DNA of 64,000 bases from Fistulifera solaris (taxonomy: Eukaryota). Positions 1 to 11,983 of this stretch are shown piece by piece. The stretch lies in assembly GCA_030295235.1 (NCBI GenBank), contig AP026162.1, forward strand, positions 2,170,001-2,234,000, written 5' to 3'. Each line of letters begins with the position of its first letter. Position 1 is the first letter of the stretch. Below the pieces are notes generated by a model, which ran no database searches, had not been told where the DNA came from, and was given only the letters and a program-made list of their open reading frames with translations. The translations under genes were made by a program, and so were the position numbers.

Positions 1-1265
1 GGAGAATGGGTACAGCTGGCCGAGGAGTTACCGGAAAGTGCCCCCACATCATCCAATCCAGTGGACGACGAGGGCGAATCGTTGTATGGGCAGCCTTTGA
101 GTGTTAAAGAAGCGGCCGAGAAAATGCCGCCGGGAGGAGGTGGATTGATTTACACGGCAACTCTCATTCCCGATGATTTCTTCAAAGATCAAAAGCTAGC
201 GAAATTGGTCGGAAAAGGCATTTTGAATTCCGAACGGACGGCAATTAAGCCACGGCGGCCTTCCCTGGCCGTTCGGTCGAGTAACTTTTTCAATCCTTGA
301 CCAAAGTCGGTCCAAGGTATATTTTTTCGGGAATTTTGAATGGATGGCCCGGTTTGACTTGTTTAGAGGTGCTGGAATTGGAAAAGAAAGGCAAGATAGT
401 AGGAGTGTGGCACAAGGTATGGAATGCTAAGGAAGATGGTGCGAAAGGTTTGCCCTTGAAGAATCCGGAAGGAAAGACCGTTCATAGGGTCGTACTTCGA
501 TGTGCGCCATGGTCTAGTCAAGGATGGTCCAAGGATAGTCCTGGATTCGCCTTTTGGTATGAAGCGCAGAAGCGAGAAAGGCCCGAAATGAGTTATGGCA
601 CGAACATGCTCAGAACGGTGGAAGATTCGATTTGCACTCATATTCACATGGTTTCTCATCGCTACGCAGTCAAGCGAGAGAATCCAAGGGATCTATTGAC
701 ATATCACTCTGTTTGTTTACTAGAATGGGATCATGGGAAGTATACGACAGTGGCAGAAACCGCATATCTGAACGGCATCGGAGGATTTAAAGGAAAGAGC
801 AACTTTTACGCCGACAAAGATCAGCCCAGGACGAAACTGTACGACACCATGCCGGCAGAAATGATACTTCCCTGGAGAACAAACTTGGCGGAAATTCGAT
901 GCTATGATGTAGAAGCTAAGAACTTGGATGAATTTTGGTCCTACTTGAAGAAATACGAAGGCAATCATCAGCGGTTTATCGACCCAAGGGTTTCATTCTC
1001 GCACCCCGCTCGACTAACGTTTCGATCCAAGGCGCACATAGCTCAATATCTTCTCAACTACATTACGCGGGATGCATCATACGCAGACCTGAAGCGAAAC
1101 TGCCAAACGTTTGCGGCTGACTTTTGCTCCTTTATTGCCGGAAAGAAAGACATTGTTCCCTTTCATCCTGTAATTCGTTTCGACTACCAACCCAGGCCGT
1201 ATTTCTTCTTATATGACAGCCATATGTACATTAAAAAGGAAGATAAGAAGAAAGGAAAGAAATAG
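1..1265 (+). CDS. Hypothetical protein with C-terminal permuted papain-like (PPPDE/LRAT-like) motif; 5' end probably outside window, frameshift(s) near 260-295
   Basis: ORFs 61-300 and 297-1265 abut out of frame at a T-run (286-290). C-terminal part has YHS..LLEW and Y.DLKRNCQTFAADF, the His-before-Cys order of permuted NlpC/P60 peptidases. Confidence 0.5.
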
Positions 1266-1301
1266 AGCATTGTTAATGACAACTTATCGCTAGAAGCCAT
1301 C

Positions 1302-2665
1302 TCAGTCATACATATCTTCGTCGTCGTTGCCTCCATCCCCATTATCGTCCCCGTCATTGTTTCCAGAATCATCGTGTCCTCCAAAAAATCCACCGCCGTC
1401 TCCCATTGAGTCCATCAACAAGTTTGCCGCCAAGGCTTCGTTCTTATCGCACGCCAAGAAAGCTTGAGCCGCTTCCGAACGATCAAAGCCCATTTCTGTA
1501 AGTCGATCCACAGCCGCCATTTCTTCTTCCGTTAATCGCAATACTTGCTGTCCGCCATGTCCTTCTCCGCCTCCCATGTGAGCCATAAATTGTTGCAACT
1601 GTTCCGGTGGCATCTGACCCAGCATTTGCGCCGTCATACGCAATTGATCCGAACTCAGTCCCATCATTTGTGCCATCTGATCGAGCTCGGACGGGCTCAT
1701 GCTTTGAATCATCTGCGCCATCTGAGCTGGGTTTCCCATGCCTTCCATGGGCATACCCATACCACTGGCCGAATCCGAGGACCCTGTTGGAGCACGACTT
1801 CCGGTAGGGGCAGAAGATGGAGCGGCGGTGACAGGTTCGTTCATCATCTCTAAAAAGAGGGCCTGGTGCGCGTTGATTTCTTCTAATAATTCCGGCTGTT
1901 GCTGACCAATTTGCGCCAAAACTTGCTGCAGCATTTGTGGATTTGATTGCACTAGGCGACGCAGCTCGTTGAATTGCGGATGATTCCGTAAAGCCTGCAA
2001 CGGCTGTGTAGCTTGAGCGGGCGTCGCAGATGATGATTCCGTCGCATTCATCGCAGCCGAAACAGCGTCCGGAATGCCGTTGGTGAGGAATTCTACGGCA
2101 ACATCTGGATTTCCTTGCGCAGCTCGCAAACAATGTCTGACTTCTGCCTCAGGAAAGCCCATAGCCGTCAAATTATCTACTGCTTCCTGCGAAAACGTAT
2201 CAGTCCGAGTCGGAGCGGCGGGTGTGGCAACGGAGGGGGCGGCGGGGGCAGCTGGAGTTTGTGCCGTCGACGTAGTAGGCTGAACCGAAGCTTCTGGGGC
2301 TTTCGCGGCTTCTTCTACTTTGAGCGTTTCCGCAGGTGTTGCCGGTCCCGCGGCGGGCTTCTTTGCTTTTGTCACCATGACGACAAGGAAATCATTGGGC
2401 TTTATGCCGCACGATGCGATCGTATCTTCGTCCTTTAGCACCTTTCCCGAATGAATCAGTTTCAATGTCGATGCAAACAGCTCGGGTTTTTTCTTTCTCC
2501 TTTTATTCATTGAAGCGAACGGTGAGTCACACAGATTCGACACTTCTGCCGCAACACGAGAACCCGACTACGTACAATCGCGGATTTCGCTTCTTGAACT
2601 GTTTGAGTTTCCTCGACCTCTACGTCGAACTTTGCCCCTTTGAGCGTCTTTACAGTGAGCTTCAT
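1302..2665 (-). CDS. RAD23: UV excision repair protein RAD23 (UBL-UBA-XPC binding-UBA), 2 exons
   Basis: Exon 1 2665-2576 MKLTVKTLKG...; GTACGT donor at 2575, acceptor near 2493-2500. Downstream LKLIHSGKVLKD, UBA (MGFPEAEVRHCLRAAQGNPDVAVEFL), XPC-binding LRNHPQF...QQQPEL and UBA2 (MGFDRSEAAQAFLACDKNEALAANLL). Confidence 0.96.
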
Positions 2666-2773
2666 GCCAATAAACGTTAAATCTTTGGTGATAGTAAGAG
2701 TGTTGATCAAACTACGCTACTAGAATAAGCATATCAGCGGCTGCAAATATTCATTCATTTCATTCAAATGATC

Positions 2774-2805
2774 CGTCGTCCGTCTCGTCTCGTCTCGTCT
2801 CGTCT
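2774..2805. repeat. (CGTCT)n microsatellite in RAD23/ATG12 divergent promoter
   Basis: About 5 tandem CGTCT units read directly. Confidence 0.8.
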
Positions 2806-3197
2806 CTCTCGCTTTCTATGGTTCCTTCTTCCTTCGTTTGATTCCTCGTGAACGAAAACCGAAGATCTCGTACGTTGTGCTGTAGTCTCTCAAAACTACT
2901 TAAGTTCAGTATTCTTTATAAAGTATACTTGGCTAATGACACGGCACTCAAAAGTATTCAACAAACAAGGTGACAATAATAAAGTGTACAACTGAGTACC
3001 ACATCGGAACTATTACTTTGTCCCTACTCCCTAGTCTACGTCCGTCCCTTTTCGTTTCGATTGAATAAAACCCGCGCAAAACCGCAAAACCGCAAAACAC
3101 GCAAATAGATTTTTACAAAAGCAGCTGTTGTAATGTGATCTGAATGATAATAAAATGATTCTAAGCTTAACGCATTAATCGTGAAAAACATAATTGA

Positions 3198-3491
3198 ATG
3201 AGTCAAGGAGCAGCATTACAAGCCGAGAAGGTGAAAATACATTTTGTGGCCGTCGGCAATGCCCCTATCATGAAGAAAAACAAATTTCAAATTGCTGTGG
3301 ATCAGCGTTTTTCTTCTGTCGTTTCATTTCTCCGAAAAATACTCCAATTGGAACCTAGTACATCCTTGTTTTTATATTGTTGTTCCGCGTTTGTTCCAGG
3401 CCCTGAAGAACTGGTCTCGGATTTACGAGATTGTTTCAGTGTTCGAGGAGAACTTGTCATTCATTATAGCCTACAAGAAGCGTGGGGATGA
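3198..3491 (+). CDS. ATG12: Ubiquitin-like autophagy protein ATG12
   Basis: KVKIHFVAVGNAPIMKKNKF, LFLYC.SAF.P and C-terminal EAWG. Confidence 0.95.
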   Translation: MSQGAALQAEKVKIHFVAVGNAPIMKKNKFQIAVDQRFSSVVSFLRKILQLEPSTSLFLYCCSAFVPGPEELVSDLRDCFSVRGELVIHYSLQEAWG

Positions 3492-3563
3492 CGTAACTTA
3501 ATAAAACAAGCTTTGAATGTATAAATAAAAAACATATCTTGTTGGATTAGTACGTATTGTCCA

Positions 3564-4514
3564 CTAGTTTCGTGATCGTCTGCGAGACCTCTCACGACTT
3601 TGTGAAGAGGAAGATTCAGAGGAAGATTCCGAGGAAGATCGGTAACGATGACGGGAGCGTCGCCGATCATCACTAGATACGCTGCGGCTACGTGATCGAC
3701 TTCCTCTCGTTGTAGCATTGTGTCGCTGATAGCGGTCTGGTGATGGTTGACGAGAATAACGACGTTCCCGGCCGAACGAATCTCGATTGGAGGCACCCCT
3801 ATCGTGAAAGTCGCGAGGAGCCGATCGATCATATGCGTCTCCATAACGGCGCGAATCTGGTGGGTAGGGTTCATAATGACGAGAAGGGTTGCGGTCTCTC
3901 TGATTGTAGCGTTCGTCCTCGTCCCATCGACGTCGATTGCCTCGGTTATCGTGCGATGGAGGACTAACTGGCCGCGAAGGCCTTCCACGTTGTCGATCTC
4001 TTTCCGGAAAATCTCTTCTAGCACCTTCATTTTGCCTAGGAGGTTGTGGTCGATGTTGTTGCCGCTGCTGCTGCGGAGGCGGGGCGTTGTGATTCTGTTG
4101 GTGTTGTTTCATAGCAAGCTCCTTTTTCTTTTCTTTTAGAAGCTTGGTAGGTATCCCCAAGGGGGTTTTCTGTGCATCTGCCATCATATCCCAAAGTTCT
4201 TTTGCAAATTTTGCGGCTTCGTCGTCGCCTAGAAAGCCAGCCATATCGATTTGTGCTTTTCGAGGGTCCACCTCAATGACCGCTTCATCGGAAGACGAGG
4301 GCAGAAACAAGTTGACCGCTGTACTCTGCACAATCTCATCCTCAAAGCCAAGAATTTCCGTGATTTTATTTTCAACCCATTGAGCCAAGACGGGTTTATT
4401 GATTTTGGAAAGATCCACCGCGGTCGAGAAAGACTCGGGAAACTTTGTCGAACGCAGAGCTTTTGTCAGCGCGCGTGAGTCGGCAACGGATGCGGTCCCT
4501 TTGATGAGTGGCAT
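3564..4514 (-). CDS. PWI-domain RS-rich splicing factor (SRRM1/SRm160-like)
   Basis: Likely start MPLIKGT (ATG 4514). PWI motifs KFP..F...VDLSKIN..VL.QWVE.KITEILGFEDEIV and DP+..QI...GFL...A.KF..ELW, followed by an RS-rich tail. Confidence 0.88.
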   Translation of the reverse strand: MPLIKGTASVADSRALTKALRSTKFPESFSTAVDLSKINKPVLAQWVENKITEILGFEDEIVQSTAVNLFLPSSSDEAVIEVDPRKAQIDMAGFLGDDEAAKFAKELWDMMADAQKTPLGIPTKLLKEKKKELAMKQHQQNHNAPPPQQQRQQHRPQPPRQNEGARRDFPERDRQRGRPSRPVSPPSHDNRGNRRRWDEDERYNQRDRNPSRHYEPYPPDSRRYGDAYDRSAPRDFHDRGASNRDSFGRERRYSRQPSPDRYQRHNATTRGSRSRSRSVSSDDRRRSRHRYRSSSESSSESSSSQSRERSRRRSRN

Positions 4515-4818
4515 TGGGTTAAAGATCTCGCTGAGCTTGTAATAGCCGCCAAAAACTATGTATTTATTGATTGTCAGACCAAGCTGCTTGTTTTCTTTCT
4601 TATTTACAATGTAGGGTCTTTTCTTCAATGGCAAATAAAAATGAATGGCTATATTCTTTTTATTATTGTCGGCGCTGTCGCAGTATAAAATTGCTCGATT
4701 TCATTAGAGTTCGGGAGGCTATAAGGCGACCGTCATCTATTGCGTAAAACTAAAATTCGGAGTATTTATTCGTCTATAAATTACCTAAAACGGAAAAATT
4801 TGTGTAATGATTTACAGT

Positions 4819-6219
4819 CTACCAATCGTATTCGAAACTGTCTTCTTTGCTCATCTCGGAACGGTCAGGATGACGAGTTAATGCATTACCACGATTTTGG
4901 AGACACACTGGCTCAATGATGGCGTGCGCATCGTCTAGTAGAGATTCCTTTGGACTATGACTCTTGAAAGAGATATCCAACTGGCACTTTTTTCGTGAAA
5001 GAGAAACCAAATTTTGTACTTGCAGCAAATCGGATTCACTCTCAATCCAGAAAACTAGCGACCTTAGACTTTTGTGAGACCCGATCACGTTCAGTAGGTT
5101 ATCCCAACACGACTGTAAGACAGCGAGGCAACCTAGCTCAAGTCGATACAGGTTTTGATTCTTGTCAAGAGCATTCAGGAGTTCTTCCAGCTGTTCGAGA
5201 GAAGGTGGGTAGGTTGAGTTGTAAAATATTCGAAGGTCCTGGAGGCGATCGCTAGCGTGCAGAAAGAGAGTATGAAATCGGGAAGGTACCCAAATCAAAA
5301 ACCTCAAAGTGAATGCTCTGGGAACGATCGTAAAGTGCTCCATCTCGTTAAAAGCCGTATGAGACCAGACGTCGTATTGAACATGCCTCGCAATGGAAGA
5401 CATCGGAAGATGCACCGAGTTCTTGAAAACCAAACTGTTGGTGTGCAGCACAATGTTGGGAATTTCGTTCATCACCTGCAGAAAGTAACGAAATGTCGGG
5501 TACCCCCTGGACTCGTTTAGCAAGGAAAGTGTACCAAAGTCGGTAGTTCGCTGGGACAGCGTTTGAATGAATGCTCGGCCCTCATTCTCGAACACGCATT
5601 CAACGCCAATGTCCAACGGTTCGGGATGAGATGCCAACACTATCGCTTGTTCATCGGTGAAATAACATCCGCGCCCAAGAATGAGTCGTCGTCGCGGATT
5701 CGCTTTCTTGTAGTCACATAGGAATTGCGGCGTCAGGAATATTGTCGGGACCACGGGATCGGTGCCATGAATGTAGGAGGTGCCGATACGGACGTCTGTT
5801 TCCCCTTCCTGCTTCAAACATAGAAGGAAATGTATAGACTCCGCCACGATTTTTTCAGACACTCCATAGATGAACACGGATCTCTCGCCAAAGTCAATAT
5901 TCGCGGTCGACTTCCGAAACTTGGAACTGTAGGGAACTGACTTTGGTAGCTTTTTGGACGTAATGCAGTGTTCCTCATCCATCCAAATGAGAATATGATT
6001 TCCCGTATCACGAACGAGATCACTAACGTCACGAGGAGAACGGATTTTGCGGCGAAATTGCATCTTCGAACTCCACTGGGTTGCACGAAGTTGCTTCATG
6101 AGAATTCTTTTGTCTTTGTCGAATTCCTTCGCAGGTATCGTTTCAGACCAATGCGAATGATCCATCGACAAATAATGTTCCAAGTTGGAAAGGAAATGGA
6201 GTTTGTTTGTCGGCTTCAT
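4819..6219 (-). CDS. Hypothetical protein with degenerate RNI/LRR-like C-terminus (lineage-expanded family type)
   Basis: Uninterrupted ~465-aa ORF; LL.AL..N..L..LEL and L..I..H.SLRSL repeats; start uncertain. Confidence 0.6.
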   Translation of the reverse strand: MKPTNKLHFLSNLEHYLSMDHSHWSETIPAKEFDKDKRILMKQLRATQWSSKMQFRRKIRSPRDVSDLVRDTGNHILIWMDEEHCITSKKLPKSVPYSSKFRKSTANIDFGERSVFIYGVSEKIVAESIHFLLCLKQEGETDVRIGTSYIHGTDPVVPTIFLTPQFLCDYKKANPRRRLILGRGCYFTDEQAIVLASHPEPLDIGVECVFENEGRAFIQTLSQRTTDFGTLSLLNESRGYPTFRYFLQVMNEIPNIVLHTNSLVFKNSVHLPMSSIARHVQYDVWSHTAFNEMEHFTIVPRAFTLRFLIWVPSRFHTLFLHASDRLQDLRIFYNSTYPPSLEQLEELLNALDKNQNLYRLELGCLAVLQSCWDNLLNVIGSHKSLRSLVFWIESESDLLQVQNLVSLSRKKCQLDISFKSHSPKESLLDDAHAIIEPVCLQNRGNALTRHPDRSEMSKEDSFEYDW

Positions 6220-6262
6220 CGCGAGAATGCTGTTTTTGTTCAAAGATCTGATGAAGGCTTTC

Positions 6263-6283
6263 TTTTTTTTTTTTTTTTTTTTT
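6263..6283. repeat. Poly(T) tract, 21 nt
   Basis: Read directly. Confidence 0.9.
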
Positions 6284-6608
6284 GAGCTCTTCGATCATGT
6301 CTTCGTCGTCTTTGCAAAGCAAAAAAGGTGCAAGAAAGCTTTGTCATAGGTTTTCGTGAACCGGTACCCATTTCGTTAAGTAAAGAAGAGCTGCGACATC
6401 GAGTATAATCTGAGATGTAGGATAGTGACAGATGCCAATGCCGACGCCTTCGCACGTTTTGTTGCGAATAACGTCGTCGTTCATTTTCATTTTTTTTGGT
6501 TCATGATAATATTATTGTTTGACACTAGACCCCCTAAAGGGACATAAATACTTGGAGGAAAAGAGAACTTAATCGACGAGGAGCGCCTTTAATGTTCGCT
6601 GGCATGGG

Positions 6609-7954
6609 ATGGGTGCACGAACATCATGTCGCAAAATTGGCATCGCTTTCATTTTGTTCCGACTCATCTATCACGTGTCGTCGCTGGTGACTAGCCGGGG
6701 CGATGGAGTCATGTTGCTTGCGAAAACGAAAGAAACCTTTAAGTTGGCCGACTTACAATATCTCGAGGCTAAGGTCCAGTCGGAAGGTCAATACGAATGT
6801 ACACGACTGCTGGTGGATGCGGCTACAGGATCTTCGTTGTTTCTTTTGAATCGCTTTGTCGATAGTTTTGAAGCTTACATTTTCGGCAAAGATCATGGCA
6901 CCAACCATTATGATATTCCAACCTCTCTTCGTGCTTGTGAATGGGTCGCCGAAGTGTTATGCAGCAGTGCTTCTGCTGAAGAACTAATACTTGATTTATC
7001 GATCGAACCTACAACTCACAAGCTGGAAGCTTGGACGCTGGAGTATCTTCGCATGACGTCGGGGTCAGCGACTAGTTCGCTGAGCGGAAAGACGAAAACG
7101 TACACACAAAAGACACTATGCTGCTGTGTTGCACAAGCACTTTCAGGTGTGGCTGCTTTGAATCCGAACCAGGCCGTGGATAAGCTTGTCATTGTAGATA
7201 CGTGCGAATCGATGTTCCTAGTGAGGCTCTTGCACCTTCCCTCGGACTGCGCATCGACCAATCCTATTTGTCTGACACAAAGAGATGGGCTCAACGCCCA
7301 TTTCCCTACAGTTCGGCGACGAACTTTCCAGCGGCCGAAATGATCATCAACATGTTGGCGCATCGCGTATCGTCGCGTGCCATCAAGGAGGCACCCCAGC
7401 CACACCTCTTGGATGCAACCTGCGGCAGTGGCACTTTTCTTGCACTCGCCATGGCTCGCGGCATGCAAGTCACGGGCTGGGATTCCAATTCAAGGTGTGT
7501 CGAAGGTAGTCAACGCAATCTGCAATACGCATTTGGAAGCACGGATAATTTCACTGTTCTACATCGCAGCTGTCTTGACATACCGCTGAACTTGACACAA
7601 ATGGATATTGAGTCTTTTGATGCTGTTGCTAGTAACTTACCTTGGGGCCTGAATAGCAACTTGTATACGGACGAGAGCGAAAGCGATAACTGTATATCAA
7701 GTCTGTTGTTGGCCATTCGAAAAGTTCTGAAGCCAGGCATACCTTGCGTGTTCCTCTACAAGGATGAAGATGAAAGTGCGTGTAACAATGTTTACTGGGA
7801 GCAAATTGGATATAAAGTGATTGGTCATGCCAACATTCCACAAAAGAATTTCGTATTGCCCAAAGGAGGAAAGAAAGAGGAATACAAACGATCCGAAGAG
7901 AATGCACTCACGGGTCGTAGTGACTGTATTATAAGTTTAGTAGAAACATTATAA
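6609..7954 (+). CDS. Putative N6/N2-type RNA methyltransferase (UPF0020-like), signal-peptide-like N-terminus, one frameshift near 7260-7270
   Basis: LLDATCGSGTFL (SAM motif I) and VASNLPWG (motif IV) in 7202-7954; the upstream ORF 6609-7343 joins by a 1-nt shift. Confidence 0.75.
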
Positions 7955-8294
7955 CCTTAGAAAATAATTGACAATCATTTAGGACTAGTTGTAATTGGTC
8001 GTCTTCTTCTTCGAAGACTTAAGCCGTTCGTATAAATCCAGTCCCGGATATTGAAGAACGGAATTTTCGGTAAGCCTTACTGTACCAGGTACGACATTGG
8101 ACACTACTTTTCTGCTGTTGCAGCCTGTCCGTGTCCGTGTCAGGGCGGTCGGTGCGTACATCCGTTCATTTAAATTCGAAACAAAAAACACCGCAAACAA
8201 TCGCGATCGCGAAAAGAGCGACGCTCTTCATTATTTATTTACTTGCTCGAGAACCACCTTTAGTAACTCATTGTCTGTAATTTTTAAAACGAAG

Positions 8295-8961
8295 ATGCCA
8301 GAAACAAAGGAAGACGATGAACAAGTCCCCGACATGTCGCTTCTCGACATTATAGACGGCAAGAATGAACGAGACATTCCTATCGCCAAGTTCATCGACG
8401 ACATTGGCAAGTTTGCCGAATCGTTCCAGCCTCCAGCCTCTACGGAGTTGCTGATTGGAGCTTATACTCAGCTCTACAACAAATACAAATCATATGAGGC
8501 GTCGCTCACTAGAAAACGTACGTATTGATTTCGTAAGGATGTCAGTGATTCCGTCATGATCTCACTCACTTTCTTGATTGCCAACAGAGCAACATTTAGA
8601 TATAAAAATACCGGATCTAGAAAACTCTTTAAAGTTGATTCAGCAGCTACTGAAAAAGAAAGAAGAAGGAGAAAGTGGCGTCGTCCGTTACAGTTTGGCC
8701 GATAACATTTACGCGAAAGCCGATTTAGATTATGATGGAACCGTAAATCTGTGGTTGGGTGCTAATGTCATGTTAGAATATACATACGAAGAGGCAATTG
8801 AGTTCCTTGCGAATAATGAGAGTCGTGCCAAGTCAGAAGCGGGGGAGGTGGAAAAGGACTTGGCGTTTGTTCGAGATCAAATAGTGGTGTGTGAAGTGCT
8901 GCAGAGTCGTATTTATAACTGGGATGTTCGAAGGCGAAGAGCTCTCGAACAAAAGGCTTAG
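8295..8961 (+). CDS. PFDN3: Prefoldin subunit 3 (VBP1), intron 8518-8587
   Basis: R.IP.A.FIDD, KIPDLENSL, Y.LADNIY.KA, V.LWLGANVMLEY, F.RDQI...EV..SRIYNWDV; in-frame GT-AG intron. Confidence 0.95.
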
Positions 8962-9196
8962 GGAATTGACGAATAGCTATTTTTGAAGCTGATCCAAGCT
9001 AGCTCAGTTGTTTTTCAGTACTTTTATAGCAGCCTTGTGATAATTGTAAAGTGTTTCAGCGATGACACAAGGGACGATAGAAGATAAAGAGTTCTCCAAC
9101 AGCAAAAAGACTCAGTGCTGTTACAACGTTGAAAGCTAAATGGGTGAATTTTTCGTTACTTTTTTGATTTTTAGTCCGTATTACAGCTGAGTCACA

Positions 9197-10180
9197 TTAA
9201 TTGTCCGCTTGAGTTCCGTGAAGCGGTTTGAGAAGCTCATGGTCAAGTGTAGCGAGCACCAGACGTGCCGAGAGAGAGTCGCCTTTCGCATCCAGCACCA
9301 AAGGTCGACCTCCCCAGTGAAAGAATAGCGTAGCATCGAGTTCGTGATCCAAATGCGACTGAGAACAATACTGCAGCATCGATTTGGCTTCTTTGATAGA
9401 AAAGACCAAAATGACTTCGGAATTCACATCCTCCGGCATATTCTCGTCATCCTCGCGGCTGCGATTCTGATGAAAATCAAATTCATAAAACTCGTCACAG
9501 CCTACCGCGGTTTCAGTTTTCAATATACTGGCGTGTGTGGCCTGCAAGACCGCGTTTTGACTCGACGTGGCGTCGGTGTGATGAAACGACGATGCCGAAA
9601 CGCACTGCGCATCGTTCCGAATGACCAATGCCGCTTGATTGGTATTTTTCAGCGGCTCAAGCAATCGCAACAAGACTTTCGGTGAACCACGCATTTCTGA
9701 AGCATCGTCCGTGGGGGCTACGGGCGTCACGCCCGTCGCGTCGGCCGCTTTCATCCGGTGCACGACTGTCATGACAGCGTCCTGATGTTGAATTTGAAAT
9801 TCAAACGACAGAAACAGCGCATCGGAAATGATTTCACTTTTAATACGCAATCCAGCAACGCCTTTGCGGGGTTTTACTACCGCGGCGAGTGCTCGCAGTG
9901 AAGCACGACAAGAGAAACGGTCCTCGTCGCTTTCCGATTCTTGACTGCTCTCTCGGCGTCGTTTTTTGACGCGAGATGACAGTGGAGGAGCCGTGCATCT
10001 CTCGAAAAAAGAGGATTCAAACCGAAAACAAGCGAAAGCGGATTTGCCGTCATTGATCGTCCGCAAAGACAGCCCTTCAATGACGTCAAACTCTAGATAA
10101 AGATCTTTTCCGATTCGGCTCAAACATCCAATAGAAGAACAAAAAGGACGGACCGAGTGACCAGGAATAACGCAATCCAT
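9197..10180 (-). CDS. RAD9: 9-1-1 checkpoint clamp subunit RAD9
   Basis: Start MDCVIPG; I.CLSRIG.DLYLE, L.LRTIN..KSAFACF.F..SFF, FSIKE.K..L and F...GRP motifs of Rad9/Ddc1. Confidence 0.9.
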   Translation of the reverse strand: MDCVIPGHSVRPFCSSIGCLSRIGKDLYLEFDVIEGLSLRTINDGKSAFACFRFESSFFERCTAPPLSSRVKKRRRESSQESESDEDRFSCRASLRALAAVVKPRKGVAGLRIKSEIISDALFLSFEFQIQHQDAVMTVVHRMKAADATGVTPVAPTDDASEMRGSPKVLLRLLEPLKNTNQAALVIRNDAQCVSASSFHHTDATSSQNAVLQATHASILKTETAVGCDEFYEFDFHQNRSREDDENMPEDVNSEVILVFSIKEAKSMLQYCSQSHLDHELDATLFFHWGGRPLVLDAKGDSLSARLVLATLDHELLKPLHGTQADN

Positions 10181-10778
10181 CTCACTTTTTATTGAAACAG
10201 CAATGAATACCTGGTAAAAGCGTTTGATAAAAATGTTACCCTCCGCAACTCTTGTCCGCCATCGTCGATGATGCGTGATTGTACTGTACTTGTATAAGTC
10301 GACTAAAAAGGACCAAAGACGCAGTCCCGTGATGAATGAATCATGAGTTGCCAGAAAGGAGGGAGAAAAGGGACAGAAACGAAGAACACGATAGAAGCAC
10401 AACGAAGAACGTTACTACACAATACGTGATACTAATTCTTTCGCCCTTTCCGACTCCGAATAGAAAACGAAGCGAAGTGACGCAAACACGCACAAAAACA
10501 AAATGCGAACCGATCCGTCCCTTCGCGCGTCCTTTCCTTCTTGTTTAGCCAATGAATTTGGTTGTGATGAGTGATTATCAAAGACACGTTTCATTTTTGT
10601 GTTCTGTTTTGAGTCACAGGAAGGAAAGAAGAAAGTCCGCGAAGGAAGTACCTACATCGCATTGGATACAAAGCACGGCGACTCCGCACACTCCGAGAAA
10701 GGCGTTTGGCAATTCCAATTGGCGATTGGCGATTGCACGAATACATTCTGTATAAAATTATTCTTGAAAGACGAAACA

Positions 10779-11483
10779 ATGGTGATCGAGATAATGAAAC
10801 TCAATAATGAAACAATACCAAGCAACATGGTCAAGCTCTCAGCTCCACAAGACGATGTGAAATACGTGGAAGGGGTGTGCATCAGCATGTATCCGTCATC
10901 ATCAACCCTCTCTGAATTATGGACGGAGTCCGATGCCGATGATGCGTCAAGCTTGTCACTGTGCGGCTCACACGGTGCTCTCAGTTGGAAGTCTTCTGCC
11001 GACATTGATCCGGCGGAAAGGATACCGGCTCTCGTGCTGGCTCCCGAAAGCGAGGAGACGGTCGAAAACGAAGTCGCACTCTTGGGCAAAATAATGGAAA
11101 GGTCAAGACACCTTCCAGGCACATCTCATTACGCCTCAAACCACATTATGGTCAACAAGGAACGGACCAAGAGAGTTACAGCTCCTTTGGTAAGGTTACA
11201 TGAGTTAGACGAGTTAGCGCGAAGGCAGGCGCAGCGCATGGCCGACCAGAGCGAATTGTTCCATTCGTTCCCCGGAGAGATTCAGATGAACTTTCATCGT
11301 CCGTCTCGCCGCTTTGGTGAAAATGTTGCACGCGGAGTGTCGATCCATGACATTCACAATGAGATGATGCGAAATCGTGCCGATCGCAACAACATCTTGG
11401 ATCGGCGTTTTACGAACATGGGTATGGGATCCGCCCGTGGCTTAGACGGGAATCTATACTTATGTCAAATATTTCGAGGATAA
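10779..11483 (+). CDS. CAP/SCP-domain protein (bacterial-type domain, no signal peptide)
   Basis: VN.ER.....PL....L..LA...A..MA....FH, GENVA.G, R.NIL...F..MG.G and Y.CQ.F; start uncertain. Confidence 0.85.
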   Translation: MVIEIMKLNNETIPSNMVKLSAPQDDVKYVEGVCISMYPSSSTLSELWTESDADDASSLSLCGSHGALSWKSSADIDPAERIPALVLAPESEETVENEVALLGKIMERSRHLPGTSHYASNHIMVNKERTKRVTAPLVRLHELDELARRQAQRMADQSELFHSFPGEIQMNFHRPSRRFGENVARGVSIHDIHNEMMRNRADRNNILDRRFTNMGMGSARGLDGNLYLCQIFRG

Positions 11484-11983
11484 AAAGGCGTCTTCTAAAC
11501 TTGTAATGTACAAAATGAATAAAAGGTAAACTAATTTTGCCTCCCGTATTTATTAGAGTGAAACAGTATCAATCCTTTTTGCTCCTATGTCTACCTCCAA
11601 TGAATCCAACGAAAAGCCTCTGATGTCAAGCCTGCTTCAATGTGTGATGTACACAGGCTGTATTTTAGTGATTGAGAGGAGGCATGTAGAGGAAGTGAAG
11701 CTGAAAAGACTTCTCGCCATGGTCGCAACTCGACTGGGTTCATTTGCGTTCGCCTTTTGTTTTACATTCAAGAATCGCACACTATAAGGCTGGAACCTCG
11801 TGAACTGCATTCATCGGCTTGTATCATTACCTTAGTTCGTTGTTCAAAAATGACATACGTTTGACATCCTTTTGTTGCCGCGAGAAGCACTGCTTGATGC
11901 CACAATTTCAACAATTCATTTCGGACATTTAGATTATGAGCACTACCTTGACGAAGTCTTTGAAAATATTCATAATCCAGAGC